Positions 17,601-25,690 of a stretch of 64,000 nt of DNA are shown here, one piece after another. The stretch covers positions 1 to 64,000 of the IMG/VR virus record IMGVR_UViG_3300047311_000826; one strand, written 5' to 3'. This stretch comes from a virus. Each line of letters starts with the position of its first letter. The stretch's first letter is position 1. A model generated the notes under the pieces. The model made no database searches. It saw only the letters and a program-made list of their open reading frames with translations, and was not told where the DNA came from. Made by a program: the position numbers and the translations under genes.

Positions 17601-19138
17601 CCAGCGCCAACATCGGCGTGCCCAGGCCCTTCATGCCGGGCGGGCGCGGCATGGGGTCCACTGGTTATCTCCCCCACGCCGCCATCGACCCGTTCATCAT
17701 CCCGACCAGCCCGGCGCCGGGGGAGGACCCGACCCAGCTGGCCTACGTCCCCCCACCCACCGTCGAGCGCTTCATGCTGGACGGCCACCTGGTAAGGTTC
17801 ATCGTCGGCCCCGTCGGAAGCGGCAAGTCCATGGGCTGCATCATGGAGCTGCTCAGGCGGGCGCGCCAGCAGGTGGCCGACGCCAACGGACGGCGTAGCA
17901 CGCGCTTCGCCCTGATACGTAATACAATGCAACAATTACGCACGACCGTGCTCAGCGACGTCATGCAGTATCTCAATCCCATGCTCCGGTATTTCGTCAC
18001 CGACAGCACGATCCAGATACGCGCCGATCTCGAAGACGGCACCGCCGTGCATTCCGACTGGGTGATGATCCCGCTCGACACCAAGGAGGACGTGCGCAGG
18101 CTGTTATCGATGCAGCTGACCGGCGCCTGGATCAACGAGGTGCGCGAGGTGCCCTACGAGATCGTCTCCGCGCTGCTCGAACGCCTGGGACGGTTTCCGA
18201 GCAAGCTCAACGGCGGGCCGACCTGGCACGGGCTGATCGCCGACTCGAACCCATGGGACGTGGACAGCCCGTACCACGAGGCGCTGGTACTCAATCCGGA
18301 TCCGAAATGGAAGCTGTTCCACCAGCCTTCGGGCGTCTCGCCGGAAGCGGAGAACCTGGAGAACCTGCCGGACGGTTATTACGAAAACGCGATGTCTGGC
18401 TCGACCGAGGAACGCATAGCCACGCAGATACGTTCCGAATGGGGAACATCGAACGCGGGCCAGGCGGTGTTCCGCCGGTCGTTCGACGCCAACACCCACG
18501 TGGTGGACATGGAGACGGTGGTCAACCCGATGCGGCCCCTGCTGGTCGCGATGGATTTCGGCCGCACCCCCTGCGCGCTCATCGGCCAGGTCGACACGCA
18601 CGGACGCTATCTCATCTTCGAGGAGATCGTGACCGACGACATGGGGCTGCACCAGATGCTGGCCGAACGGCTCAGGCCAAGGCTGATGAACGAACCCTAC
18701 GCCGGCAAGCGATCCTACGTGGTGGCCGACCCGGCCGGCGCGCAGCGCTCGCAATACAGCGAGGAGACCGCGTTCGACGTGCTCAAAAGCCATGGGTTCC
18801 TGGCATACCCGGGTGCGACCAACGACATCCCACCCAGACTGCTCGCGGTGGAGAAGTTGTTACGTCAGCAGATCATGGGCCAGCCCGGCTTGCAGATATC
18901 AAGACTTGGCTGCCCGGTGCTGATCCGCGCGATGGCCTCGCAATATCATTACAGGAGGCGGCGCGATGGGCACCTCGACGAGAAGCCGGAGAAGAACAAC
19001 CATCCCTACTCGGACGTCGCCGACGCGCTGCAGTACGGCTGCCTGTCGGTGCAGGCGGACCTGACCGGGCGCGCCATGCGGTCGATGATGCCGAGAGTGG
19101 TGCAAACGAAACGGATCTCCAGTGGAGGATGGACATGA
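17597..19138 (+). CDS. terL: terminase large subunit
   Basis: 513 aa. Walker A is VGPVGSGKS, Walker B-like is LTGAWINEVRE, and nuclease-domain acidic motifs are LLVAMDFGRT, VVADPAGAQRS and HPYSDVADALQYG. Confidence 0.85.
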   Translation: MTSANIGVPRPFMPGGRGMGSTGYLPHAAIDPFIIPTSPAPGEDPTQLAYVPPPTVERFMLDGHLVRFIVGPVGSGKSMGCIMELLRRARQQVADANGRRSTRFALIRNTMQQLRTTVLSDVMQYLNPMLRYFVTDSTIQIRADLEDGTAVHSDWVMIPLDTKEDVRRLLSMQLTGAWINEVREVPYEIVSALLERLGRFPSKLNGGPTWHGLIADSNPWDVDSPYHEALVLNPDPKWKLFHQPSGVSPEAENLENLPDGYYENAMSGSTEERIATQIRSEWGTSNAGQAVFRRSFDANTHVVDMETVVNPMRPLLVAMDFGRTPCALIGQVDTHGRYLIFEEIVTDDMGLHQMLAERLRPRLMNEPYAGKRSYVVADPAGAQRSQYSEETAFDVLKSHGFLAYPGATNDIPPRLLAVEKLLRQQIMGQPGLQISRLGCPVLIRAMASQYHYRRRRDGHLDEKPEKNNHPYSDVADALQYGCLSVQADLTGRAMRSMMPRVVQTKRISSGGWT

Positions 19139-19347
19139 ACGACGATCAGTTCATCATCCATCGTCTGCGCGCCAAACCCGTCGAGTACACGGTCACGATA
19201 CGTCATTTCGTGGCCGGCGGCGACTGGGTCATGAGTGTCACCGTCAACGATGTGGCGGATGCGCCGGAAGATCACGCGCGCGTCGCCGACGACCTGCGGC
19301 GCGCGGCGCTCATGATCGAAGAGGACGAGAGATTGCCTGAAGAATGA
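19135..19347 (+). CDS. hypothetical protein (70 aa)
   Basis: ATGA overlap with the terL stop. The sequence is MNDDQFIIHRLRAKPVEYTV...; it corresponds to the in-frame tail of track ORF 18253-19347. Confidence 0.45.
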   Translation: MNDDQFIIHRLRAKPVEYTVTIRHFVAGGDWVMSVTVNDVADAPEDHARVADDLRRAALMIEEDERLPEE

Positions 19348-19377
19348 AAATTCGCAAGCTCATTTTGAGAAAAGATC

Positions 19378-19418
19378 CCCGGAGGCAGGTAGGGGGTGGA
19401 TGGAGACGGGCCTCCGGG
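19378..19418. terminator. hairpin at a convergent gene junction (candidate bidirectional terminator)
   Basis: CCCGGAGGC (19378-19386) pairs with GCCTCCGGG (19410-19418). It lies between the plus-strand gene end at 19347 and the minus-strand gene end at 19480. The loop is large (23 nt) and there is no clear U-tract. Confidence 0.35.
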
Positions 19419-19479
19419 TAAGTTAACTGTAGGACTCAGAGTAGAAGAGTAAAACAACATATCACATATACGATGCCCG

Positions 19480-19749
19480 CTATTTACATGTCAAGCGCTG
19501 CTCGATCAGCTCGCGCAGGTGCGCCAGCTCGGTCTCGTTCCTGTCCAGGCGCATCCTGAGAGTGGCACCCGGTTCGAGTCCCGCGCGGGTGCGCTCCAGG
19601 TCATCGCGCACCGTGTTGATCGATACCGCCAGCAAGGACAGCGTGTGCGAGTTCTGCCACGCGATGGTGGTCAGGCCGGCCAGCCCGAGCGGGATCATGG
19701 CGGCCACCACCTTCAGCCAGTACGGAGCCCCGGCCGAAATATCGACCAC
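19480..19749 (-). CDS. hypothetical membrane-anchored coiled-coil protein (89 aa)
   Basis: ORF track. N-terminal hydrophobic helix (YWLKVVAAMIPLGLAGLTTIAW) followed by a charged helical region. Confidence 0.5.
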   Translation of the reverse strand: MVDISAGAPYWLKVVAAMIPLGLAGLTTIAWQNSHTLSLLAVSINTVRDDLERTRAGLEPGATLRMRLDRNETELAHLRELIEQRLTCK

Positions 19750-19787
19750 GCGACGGGGCTCCGAGGGGGCTCAGGCGGCTCGACCCG

Positions 19788-20336
19788 TCAGGGCGCGGCC
19801 ACGACGACCGGATTGCTAGGCGGGGCGGCGGTGGCCCCCTGGGCGTTGGTGGCGGTCACCACGCAGGTGAACGTGGTGCCGACGTCCTCGGTCATCACCG
19901 TGTAAGAGGACATGTCGGGGCCACCGACGACGAACGTCCCATCGCGGTGCCAGCCATACTCATACGTCGTGGGCTCGCCATCCCAGTTGCCCATGGTGCA
20001 GCGCAGCTCGCCGGCCAGTTGCTCGGCGTAGGGCACGTCGCGATTGACCGGGGCGGCGGGCTCGACCGGGGGGATGACCACGAGCGATGCCTCGTACGCC
20101 TTCAACTCGACCTCGGCCGCGTGCATCACGGTCAGCTCGTCGGCGGTCAGGGCGGCGGCATGGGTCGTGGTGATCGACGCGAGCTTCTCCGAAGTGGGCG
20201 AGGCGGCGTTGGGACGCACGGTGACGGGAGGCGGATCTTCATGGGGCGTGGCCACCGGGGGCGGAGCGGACGCGCCTGATACATGCTCGGGCTTGTCGTT
20301 GTTCGGCTTTTCATCGTGGGACGGGTGACGGGCCAT
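19788..20336 (-). CDS. Ig-like domain protein (possible capsid or tail decoration protein)
   Basis: The track ORF is 19788-20471. I prefer the ATG at 20336 (MARHPSHDEK), which follows AGGAGG. The C-terminus LRCTMGNWDGEPTTYEYGWHRDGTFVVGGPDMSSYTVMTEDVGTTFTCVVTATNAQG is a classic phage Ig-like repeat. Confidence 0.55.
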   Translation of the reverse strand: MARHPSHDEKPNNDKPEHVSGASAPPPVATPHEDPPPVTVRPNAASPTSEKLASITTTHAAALTADELTVMHAAEVELKAYEASLVVIPPVEPAAPVNRDVPYAEQLAGELRCTMGNWDGEPTTYEYGWHRDGTFVVGGPDMSSYTVMTEDVGTTFTCVVTATNAQGATAAPPSNPVVVAAP

Positions 20337-21163
20337 TGGAGCCTCCTGGGTTCCGCGAGTTATCCCATAACACCAACGACGATACAAGCGTGAAGTTAAC
20401 GTGCCTTTCGTAAGTGGGGTTGGTAATTTTTCGTAACGTTTTAAGTTTGTGTTTTCAGTAGTGGACTTCATGTGGGTGGGGAGGACCCAACGCGGCCGGC
20501 GGCGGACCCCCCGCCATGGACAGGTGCCCCTGGGGGGCCAGGGGGGTGCCCGACGGGAATAAACCCATACGCCGCATGGTGTCGGGAGAGTTCAACGCCC
20601 GAGCCTGTCGGGGTTGCCGGGGCCTAGCCTGTCTTGTCCGAGAACCACACGCCCCGTGACCGCCATCGCATGCGGAGCATAGCGCTCCCCCGATGGGACA
20701 CGCTGCACTCGTGAGACCTATTGATACGAGGCAAGCACAATATCAGGGTTCGGCCGCGCGTGCTTTAGCACAGCATGCGCGAGGGTTCCGAATAATCAGC
20801 ACCGGCGCTATGGAAGGCCGGGTGAGGCAAGATAAGCACAATCAGGGCGGTATCTGTCATGATGGTAACAAACGTCATGGGCAAGCTTTAGGAAGCTTGG
20901 CGCGATTGTGGCACGTAGAGCGTGGCGTATGATGGTTTACGTGATCCATGGGCGTAGGGACATGTGGGATAAATCGCATGGGCTCAGTTGATACGAGCAT
21001 GATTGGAAAGTGGTTTGTTACCATAGCATCGCGCCAAGAGAAGCAACCTGAATAACAGACATCGTGCGAACGGCGCGGCGTGGCATAGTCTCACGTCGCG
21101 CCGTTCGTATGTTTGTTCCCGCCGTCAATTGACGGGTTCAATTTACTACGGGAGCAAAAAACG
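20337..21163. promoter_or_regulatory. roughly 0.8 kb non-coding control region between the divergent late (-) and early (+) arms
   Basis: No convincing ORF. Direct repeats: GAGGCAAG..AGCACAAT..CAGGG (20728-20748 and 20823-20847) and TTGATACGAG (20721, 20988). A 12-bp long-range inverted repeat (20862-20873 / 21013-21024), G/C hairpins at 20500-20560, and the palindrome CCGTCAATTGACGG (21122-21135). Confidence 0.6.
21067..21107 (+). terminator. intrinsic-terminator-like hairpin inside the control region
   Basis: CGAACGGCGCG (21067-21077) pairs with CGCGCCGTTCG (21097-21107), with extra inner pairs, followed by TATGTTTGTT. No protein-coding gene lies upstream on the plus strand. Confidence 0.5.
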
Positions 21164-21403
21164 ATGTATAAACCAATACCAAACCCCAAAGTGGTCCCCG
21201 ACCCGTTCCGTTCGCCACAATACAAGGCGCGCACCGAAAATCGCGAGAATGTGGATATCAGCCAATGGCGCCATAAACTCACATACTGCGACGCTGGCGC
21301 GGCATACGGCGCGCGCGGCGCATGGCGTAACAAGGGCACCATGTCAGGCGGCATATCGTCCAGCCTGCCAGTCGCGCGCGCTTTCATCGGGACAAGGGGA
21401 TAG
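21164..21403 (+). CDS. hypothetical early protein (79 aa)
   Basis: The start is chosen after the motif TTTACTACGGGAGCAAAAAACG-ATG. It is the in-frame part of track ORF 21113-21403. Confidence 0.5.
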   Translation: MYKPIPNPKVVPDPFRSPQYKARTENRENVDISQWRHKLTYCDAGAAYGARGAWRNKGTMSGGISSSLPVARAFIGTRG

Positions 21404-21407
21404 CACA

Positions 21408-21599
21408 ATGGACGATATTGATCTCGACAACCTGACATGCCTGCTTGACACACGCGACGACTTTTCGCGACCGCACGAGCTTGCGAGGTGTGGGGCCGTT
21501 CATCCTGATTATGATGGCTTCGATCCGGCCGCGCCACTTGAACCATGGCCGGATGACATGACGATTGACGTCGTCGCGTTCATGTCACGCTTCGCCTGA
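21408..21599 (+). CDS. hypothetical acidic early protein (63 aa)
   Basis: The sequence is MDDIDLDNLTCLLDTRDDF...PWPDDMTIDVVAF, rich in Asp and Glu. It is the in-frame tail of track ORF 21129-21599. Confidence 0.45.
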   Translation: MDDIDLDNLTCLLDTRDDFSRPHELARCGAVHPDYDGFDPAAPLEPWPDDMTIDVVAFMSRFA

Positions 21600-21608
21600 C
21601 GTTTAGTT

Positions 21609-21628
21609 ATGCCCGCTTCGGCGGGCAT
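21609..21628 (+). terminator. UUCG-tetraloop hairpin after gene 21408-21599
   Basis: ATGCCCGC-TTCG-GCGGGCAT. There is no U-tract, so it may be an attenuator or RNA-stability element rather than a full terminator. Confidence 0.35.
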
Positions 21629-21676
21629 TGATAAACACCAGGAAATGGTTCCAGTGTTTAATACCGGAGTAAAACA

Positions 21677-22639
21677 ATGGCGAAAAACATCATTGAGCCG
21701 TCAGCCCGCGTCAAGGATATCGCCAGTGCGATAACCTTCGAGTGCAACACACTGCGTGGATCGCTGTCTGACATGGCCGATGCCATCGAAGCGCGCGACG
21801 CGGCATCCGAGGCTCAGAGCAAGACGCGCATCGCGGTAGCGGCGCGCATCGCGGCAATGTCCGATGCCGAGCAATGGACGGCGGGCGAAGTCGCGTTCGC
21901 GTGCAATCATGCCGCGACCCAGGCGAAAGAGGGTAACAACAATCCGGATGACGAACGCACCGCCAAGAGTCTGGGTGTGTTCATATCGGAGATGAAAACC
22001 TTTGCCTGCCCCAAGGTGCGGGCTCAGTTCCCAACGATCCATGACGCGTGTAAGGCGGCATGGGACGATGAAGAGATGATGAAGGCAACGGCGGAAACGA
22101 AAGAGGACCGCGCCAACCTCGATCTCCCCGTGCATCGCTGGCAGTCCAGGTTCTATCACCTTGTCATGAACATCTCACGCGCCGTCAAGGACGGCACGCT
22201 CGTGGTCGGTGGCATGGTTGACATCGAAGCCTGGGCACGCGCCAACGATCCCAACCATAACGAGAAGAAAATCGCCGCGCGCCTTGCCACCATCATAGAC
22301 AACCTCGAAAAGATGCATAAAGACTTTCCGCTGGCGGAGATGGCGGAGGCCGCCGGCTTCCTGCGCACCATAACAACCAAGGAACTGATCGCGGCGCGGG
22401 CTAATCGCGAGGATACCGAGGACATGACGGACGCGGACGATATCATTGGCACACAAGCGCCAGTTACTCCGGTAGTAAAAGTATCACCTGTGGTAGTGAC
22501 CATTACCAAGCCCGCGCCGGTAGTTGTCCCGGTCACGGCCGCACCGAGCGCGGTTGATGACTTGCTGAACGATATCCCGTCCTATCCCACCTCGAACGTG
22601 ACGATGGAGCTGGCCGCCATGTGCTTCGGTCGAGGCTAA
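21677..22639 (+). CDS. hypothetical early protein (320 aa)
   Basis: ORF track. Preceded by TTTAATACCGGAGTAAAACA-ATG. The C-terminus is Val/Pro-rich. No recognisable domain. Confidence 0.6.
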   Translation: MAKNIIEPSARVKDIASAITFECNTLRGSLSDMADAIEARDAASEAQSKTRIAVAARIAAMSDAEQWTAGEVAFACNHAATQAKEGNNNPDDERTAKSLGVFISEMKTFACPKVRAQFPTIHDACKAAWDDEEMMKATAETKEDRANLDLPVHRWQSRFYHLVMNISRAVKDGTLVVGGMVDIEAWARANDPNHNEKKIAARLATIIDNLEKMHKDFPLAEMAEAAGFLRTITTKELIAARANREDTEDMTDADDIIGTQAPVTPVVKVSPVVVTITKPAPVVVPVTAAPSAVDDLLNDIPSYPTSNVTMELAAMCFGRG

Positions 22640-22650
22640 CCCCGGTTCAC

Positions 22651-22720
22651 TACGGTCGTGCCAGTTGGCACGACCGTAACTAATAGGCTAACGACCTGAT
22701 ATCGTTGGCCTATTAGTTAC
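22651..22720 (+). terminator. two adjacent long hairpins after gene 21677-22639
   Basis: Hairpin 1: TACGGTCGTGCC-AGTT-GGCACGACCGTA (22651-22678, 12 bp), which contains a dispersed-motif half-site. Hairpin 2: GTAACTAATAGGC (22676-22688) pairs with GCCTATTAGTTAC (22708-22720). Confidence 0.6.
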
Positions 22721-22880
22721 GGACGCAAGCATCGAATGATCCTGCGCCGCATGCTGTTACGCGAGCGCTCCAACCTCTTGTTAACCACATACGCATCATG
22801 ATATATAACCATGTAAGCCATTGAAAGTTGCGTGAAATCACTCGAACAGGTCTCCCCGAAAGTCACTCGACGCCCCAACT

Positions 22881-22925
22881 AACTTATTGATATATAATAT
22901 ATTATATAGTAAATAATTATAATTC
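22881..22925. other. extreme AT-rich tract within the 22.72-23.29 kb non-coding island (candidate DNA-unwinding element or strong promoter cluster)
   Basis: AACTTATTGATATATAATATATTATATAGTAAATAATTATAATT contains only a few G/C bases in an otherwise GC-rich genome. Confidence 0.5.
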
Positions 22926-23155
22926 CATTACTAACCAGGGAAACAAGGGGCTCGTATATTAAATCACACCGTTACGATTACGCATCTCTCCCGGTTGCGG
23001 GATTTTGCCTGCTATCCAGGGGGGGTCATGTTTCCTCGTGTATCCGAGGAATTAGAAGCATCGGCTGAACAATCCAATGATTACCAGGGGACTTGATTGG
23101 TAGTTGCGATGTTTCTAAATCAGATAGAAGGCCTAGAATAATCTCAACTAACCTA

Positions 23156-23185
23156 TTGACAGCCGCTTCGTTAACTGGCTACACT
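23156..23185 (+). promoter_or_regulatory. sigma70-like promoter candidate for the 23.3-kb early gene block
   Basis: TTGACA (23156-23161), an 18-nt spacer, then TACACT (23180-23185). It lies about 100 nt upstream of the ATG at 23287. Confidence 0.45.
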
Positions 23186-23286
23186 CATACAGTTCTACCT
23201 ATGGTTGAAAGTCTTCGATGCCATACCGATCCAATGATATTATTTACGACCGTAGTTGGTGTTAGTTTGTTAGTGAAACCCTGAAA

Positions 23287-23736
23287 ATGGAGTTATACAC
23301 TGTCATGCCTGATAAAGTTGGACGCAAACCGCGTGTCGAGCCAGACTTTCCCGGCAAGCGATGTCGGCGCTGCGGTAAATTCACACGCATGGAAGACTTC
23401 CTGACACCGCGAACCAAACAGTGCATACCCTGTCAGGTCAGGCAGCGCGAGGCATCGCAGCGTTTCCAACTGGTGCAAGCGAAACTGAGCATGCGCGAGA
23501 ACCTGACGCCGGGCCTTACCTCCACGCGTGAGGGAACGCGCGCTTACCAGAACGCACGTTACCGTTCGCGTATGAAGCCGACGAAGCCGCCCCTCTTCCT
23601 GACCCCAAAGCTATGCCGGCGATGCCAGCGCGTCAAACCAGTCACCGAGTTCGGGTCGCATCGCATCCGCATATGCCTGGCATGCGATGGCCCCGACCTG
23701 GAAACCCTGTTGCGTAATCCACAGCGGACCAAATGA
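23287..23736 (+). CDS. duplicated zinc-ribbon protein (149 aa)
   Basis: Two CxxC...CxxC units (CRRCGKF...CIPC and CRRCQRV...CLAC). It is the first gene after the AT-rich island. Confidence 0.55.
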   Translation: MELYTVMPDKVGRKPRVEPDFPGKRCRRCGKFTRMEDFLTPRTKQCIPCQVRQREASQRFQLVQAKLSMRENLTPGLTSTREGTRAYQNARYRSRMKPTKPPLFLTPKLCRRCQRVKPVTEFGSHRIRICLACDGPDLETLLRNPQRTK

Positions 23737-23753
23737 ACTACGGGAGTAAACCA

Positions 23754-24029
23754 ATGGTCGACGGTGAACGGGACACGTTCATGGACTGGCTACGTATAAG
23801 CCATGAGCTGGCGGGGAGGATTGATCGAGCCAGGACCGGGGATGAGTGGATATCCATCGCCGAGGACATGGCGCGGCACGGCGCGGTGACATACAACGGC
23901 AGAACATATCTGGGATATGGCGCGGTCGATGACAATCTCCCGCGCGACGGCTCCTGTCGCAGGAAACAGATAAAGGTAAATGGAAAATACAAAACGGTAT
24001 GGGTATCCACGACAGGCTGGGTCAGTTAG
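23754..24029 (+). CDS. hypothetical early protein (91 aa)
   Basis: The start is chosen at the ATG after AACTACGGGAGTAAACCA. The track ORF starts at 23733, inside the motif. Confidence 0.5.
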   Translation: MVDGERDTFMDWLRISHELAGRIDRARTGDEWISIAEDMARHGAVTYNGRTYLGYGAVDDNLPRDGSCRRKQIKVNGKYKTVWVSTTGWVS

Positions 24030-24052
24030 CTTTTAATACGGGAGTAAAACCA

Positions 24053-24217
24053 ATGTATTACGACGATGACGATGCTTATGATATGGACGATGATCCCATC
24101 GCGCTGGCATGGCTCGACCGTGTCAACGCGATGCCCGAGGCGGAGCGCGTCGCGTATCTGGACGAGATGTGGACCGTGCTGATGTGCGTCCGTCCGCCTC
24201 GCGCTGAGCTGAACTAG
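24053..24217 (+). CDS. hypothetical very acidic small protein (54 aa)
   Basis: The sequence is MYYDDDDAYDMDDDPIALAWL..., preceded by TTTTAATACGGGAGTAAAACCA-ATG. Confidence 0.45.
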   Translation: MYYDDDDAYDMDDDPIALAWLDRVNAMPEAERVAYLDEMWTVLMCVRPPRAELN

Positions 24218-24230
24218 TATTGATGGGAGA

Positions 24231-24419
24231 ATGAAACGAATGATGCGTCACGTGCGTGCCCTGATAGAAGCGCGGCGGTCGGTCTCGCATGCTCGCGCCG
24301 AGATCGCTTTCGCCGCGTGGAAGCGCGGCGGCTATGCCGACGCGGAGCTGTTCGCGTTGTATCTGGCGCGTCGCGCCGAGGTCATGGAGGACATGGCTTT
24401 ACTACAAGCGTCTCGCTGA
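24231..24419 (+). CDS. hypothetical protein (62 aa)
   Basis: ORF track. GGGAGA lies just upstream of the ATG. Confidence 0.4.
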   Translation: MKRMMRHVRALIEARRSVSHARAEIAFAAWKRGGYADAELFALYLARRAEVMEDMALLQASR

Positions 24420-24451
24420 CGCTCGAACTCACTACGGGAGTGAAACCAACA

Positions 24452-24760
24452 ATGGCTCAGTTCATCGCCAACATACACGGCTCGCGTGGCCCCACGTCGA
24501 GGCTGGGCGACAAGCGTTCGGGTATCATCACGTCAACGAAATCATGGGAGGGACAGGTCAACGTCAACATGTGGCATGACGCCGGCGCGGGTCGCGACAT
24601 GGTGCGTGTCGTGCTCGAACGGCATGGCGGCGGGGACGCGCTGACGCTCTACGCCGGGCCGTGCGCCGGGTGGGAAGCGCATCACGCCATCCCCGGCTCG
24701 CTGGGTCGCGCCGCGTGGCGCGTGACACATGGCATCAAGGAGACTGTCGATGCGAGCTGA
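24452..24760 (+). CDS. hypothetical early protein (102 aa)
   Basis: The start follows CACTACGGGAGTGAAACCAACA-ATG. It is the in-frame part of track ORF 24317-24760. Confidence 0.5.
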   Translation: MAQFIANIHGSRGPTSRLGDKRSGIITSTKSWEGQVNVNMWHDAGAGRDMVRVVLERHGGGDALTLYAGPCAGWEAHHAIPGSLGRAAWRVTHGIKETVDAS

Positions 24761-25004
24761 CACTGAGCGCGGCCATACCGCTTTTGGGCGGGAGGGCCGC
24801 GCGACCGGGGCCAATATGTCGCGACCGGGGCCAAGAGTCCGCGCGTCGAGCATATCCCCCCTCCCCCTGCCCGTCCCATGGCGCCTGTGGGCCATGCGGG
24901 GACTGGTGGTGGCCATGGGCCTGCTGGCTTTCGTCACCGTGTGCGTGCCCCTGGCGGCCTGGCTGGCCCGCGCCATCGTGGGCGCCATGCTGGGAGGGGT
25001 ATGA
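24750..25004 (+). CDS. hypothetical membrane protein (84 aa)
   Basis: The start at MRADTE overlaps the upstream gene end. C-terminal hydrophobic helices (LVVAMGLLAFVTVCVPLAAWLARAIVGAMLGG). Confidence 0.4.
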   Translation: MRADTERGHTAFGREGRATGANMSRPGPRVRASSISPLPLPVPWRLWAMRGLVVAMGLLAFVTVCVPLAAWLARAIVGAMLGGV

Positions 25005-25074
25005 GCCAGTCCGATACCAGTATCCCGTGAGGGATCTGGGAGCGGCGGCGAGGTAATTAATACGGGAGTAAAAT

Positions 25075-25260
25075 ATGGAAGAGCATGAGTTCATGGACCA
25101 CGCGCTGAGCCTGCCCACCTTCGAGGAGCAGCTCGCGTTCATAAAGCATACCACGACATCGGTCGATGCCACGCGCATGCTGGTGGCCGACGGACGGTTC
25201 GTCCAATGGCTGCGCGCCAACCGGGATGCGATCATCGCATGGTACGACGGGAGTAAATGA
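25075..25260 (+). CDS. hypothetical protein (61 aa)
   Basis: ORF track. Preceded by AATTAATACGGGAGTAAAAT-ATG. Confidence 0.5.
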   Translation: MEEHEFMDHALSLPTFEEQLAFIKHTTTSVDATRMLVADGRFVQWLRANRDAIIAWYDGSK

Positions 25261-25261
25261 T

Positions 25262-25690
25262 ATGGTGCTGACGTTCCAACCAAACCCCGCGCCCATGCGC
25301 TTATGGCTGGTCGCGTATACGACGGACAACAACGATAACCTCGACATGGTGGTATCGGCGCCGACGCCCATCGAGGCGTTCGTCCGGTGGCGCGCCCGCA
25401 TGACGGGCATCGAGCCTTACACCGATCCGGCGGGTCGGGTGAACAACACGCTATACACGTCGTTGGTCCACGACATCGAGATGTTCGGCGACGAGCGGGC
25501 CGCGCGCGTGTTCCCCATCCCCGTGCTCGCGTCGATGCCATACGTGCATTACTGGGACTTCATCGATGGTGGTCATTTCGATATTAATATGGATACGCTG
25601 GCCACCAAGGCAATCGAGGAGGAGATCAAACGAATGATCCCACCGGGCGCACCCATTAATACCGGAGTAACTAATGACATGGAGTGCTGA
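25262..25690 (+). CDS. hypothetical protein (142 aa)
   Basis: The start follows GGTACGACGGGAGTAAATGAT-ATG. It is the in-frame part of track ORF 25166-25690. Confidence 0.5.
   Translation: MVLTFQPNPAPMRLWLVAYTTDNNDNLDMVVSAPTPIEAFVRWRARMTGIEPYTDPAGRVNNTLYTSLVHDIEMFGDERAARVFPIPVLASMPYVHYWDFIDGGHFDINMDTLATKAIEEEIKRMIPPGAPINTGVTNDMEC

Noticed and set aside
20693-20932. A 79-aa ORF in the control region.
   Set aside because: It has no Shine-Dalgarno or motif upstream. It overlaps the direct repeats and its composition is unlike the neighbouring genes. It is treated as non-coding, although a small regulatory peptide cannot be excluded.
23093-23284. A 63-aa ORF inside the AT-rich island.
   Set aside because: It has atypical composition, no ribosome-binding site and implausible sequence. 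The region is better explained as promoter, origin or leader DNA.
24031-24055. The motif TTAATACGGGAGT.. as a T7-like single-subunit RNAP promoter, because of its resemblance to TAATACGACTCACTATAGGGAGA.
   Set aside because: Conservation does not extend about 17 nt upstream as a T7-type promoter requires. The motif is quasi-palindromic and also occurs antisense inside genes. I recognised no single-subunit RNAP gene. The idea is kept only as a minor alternative under the motif finding.
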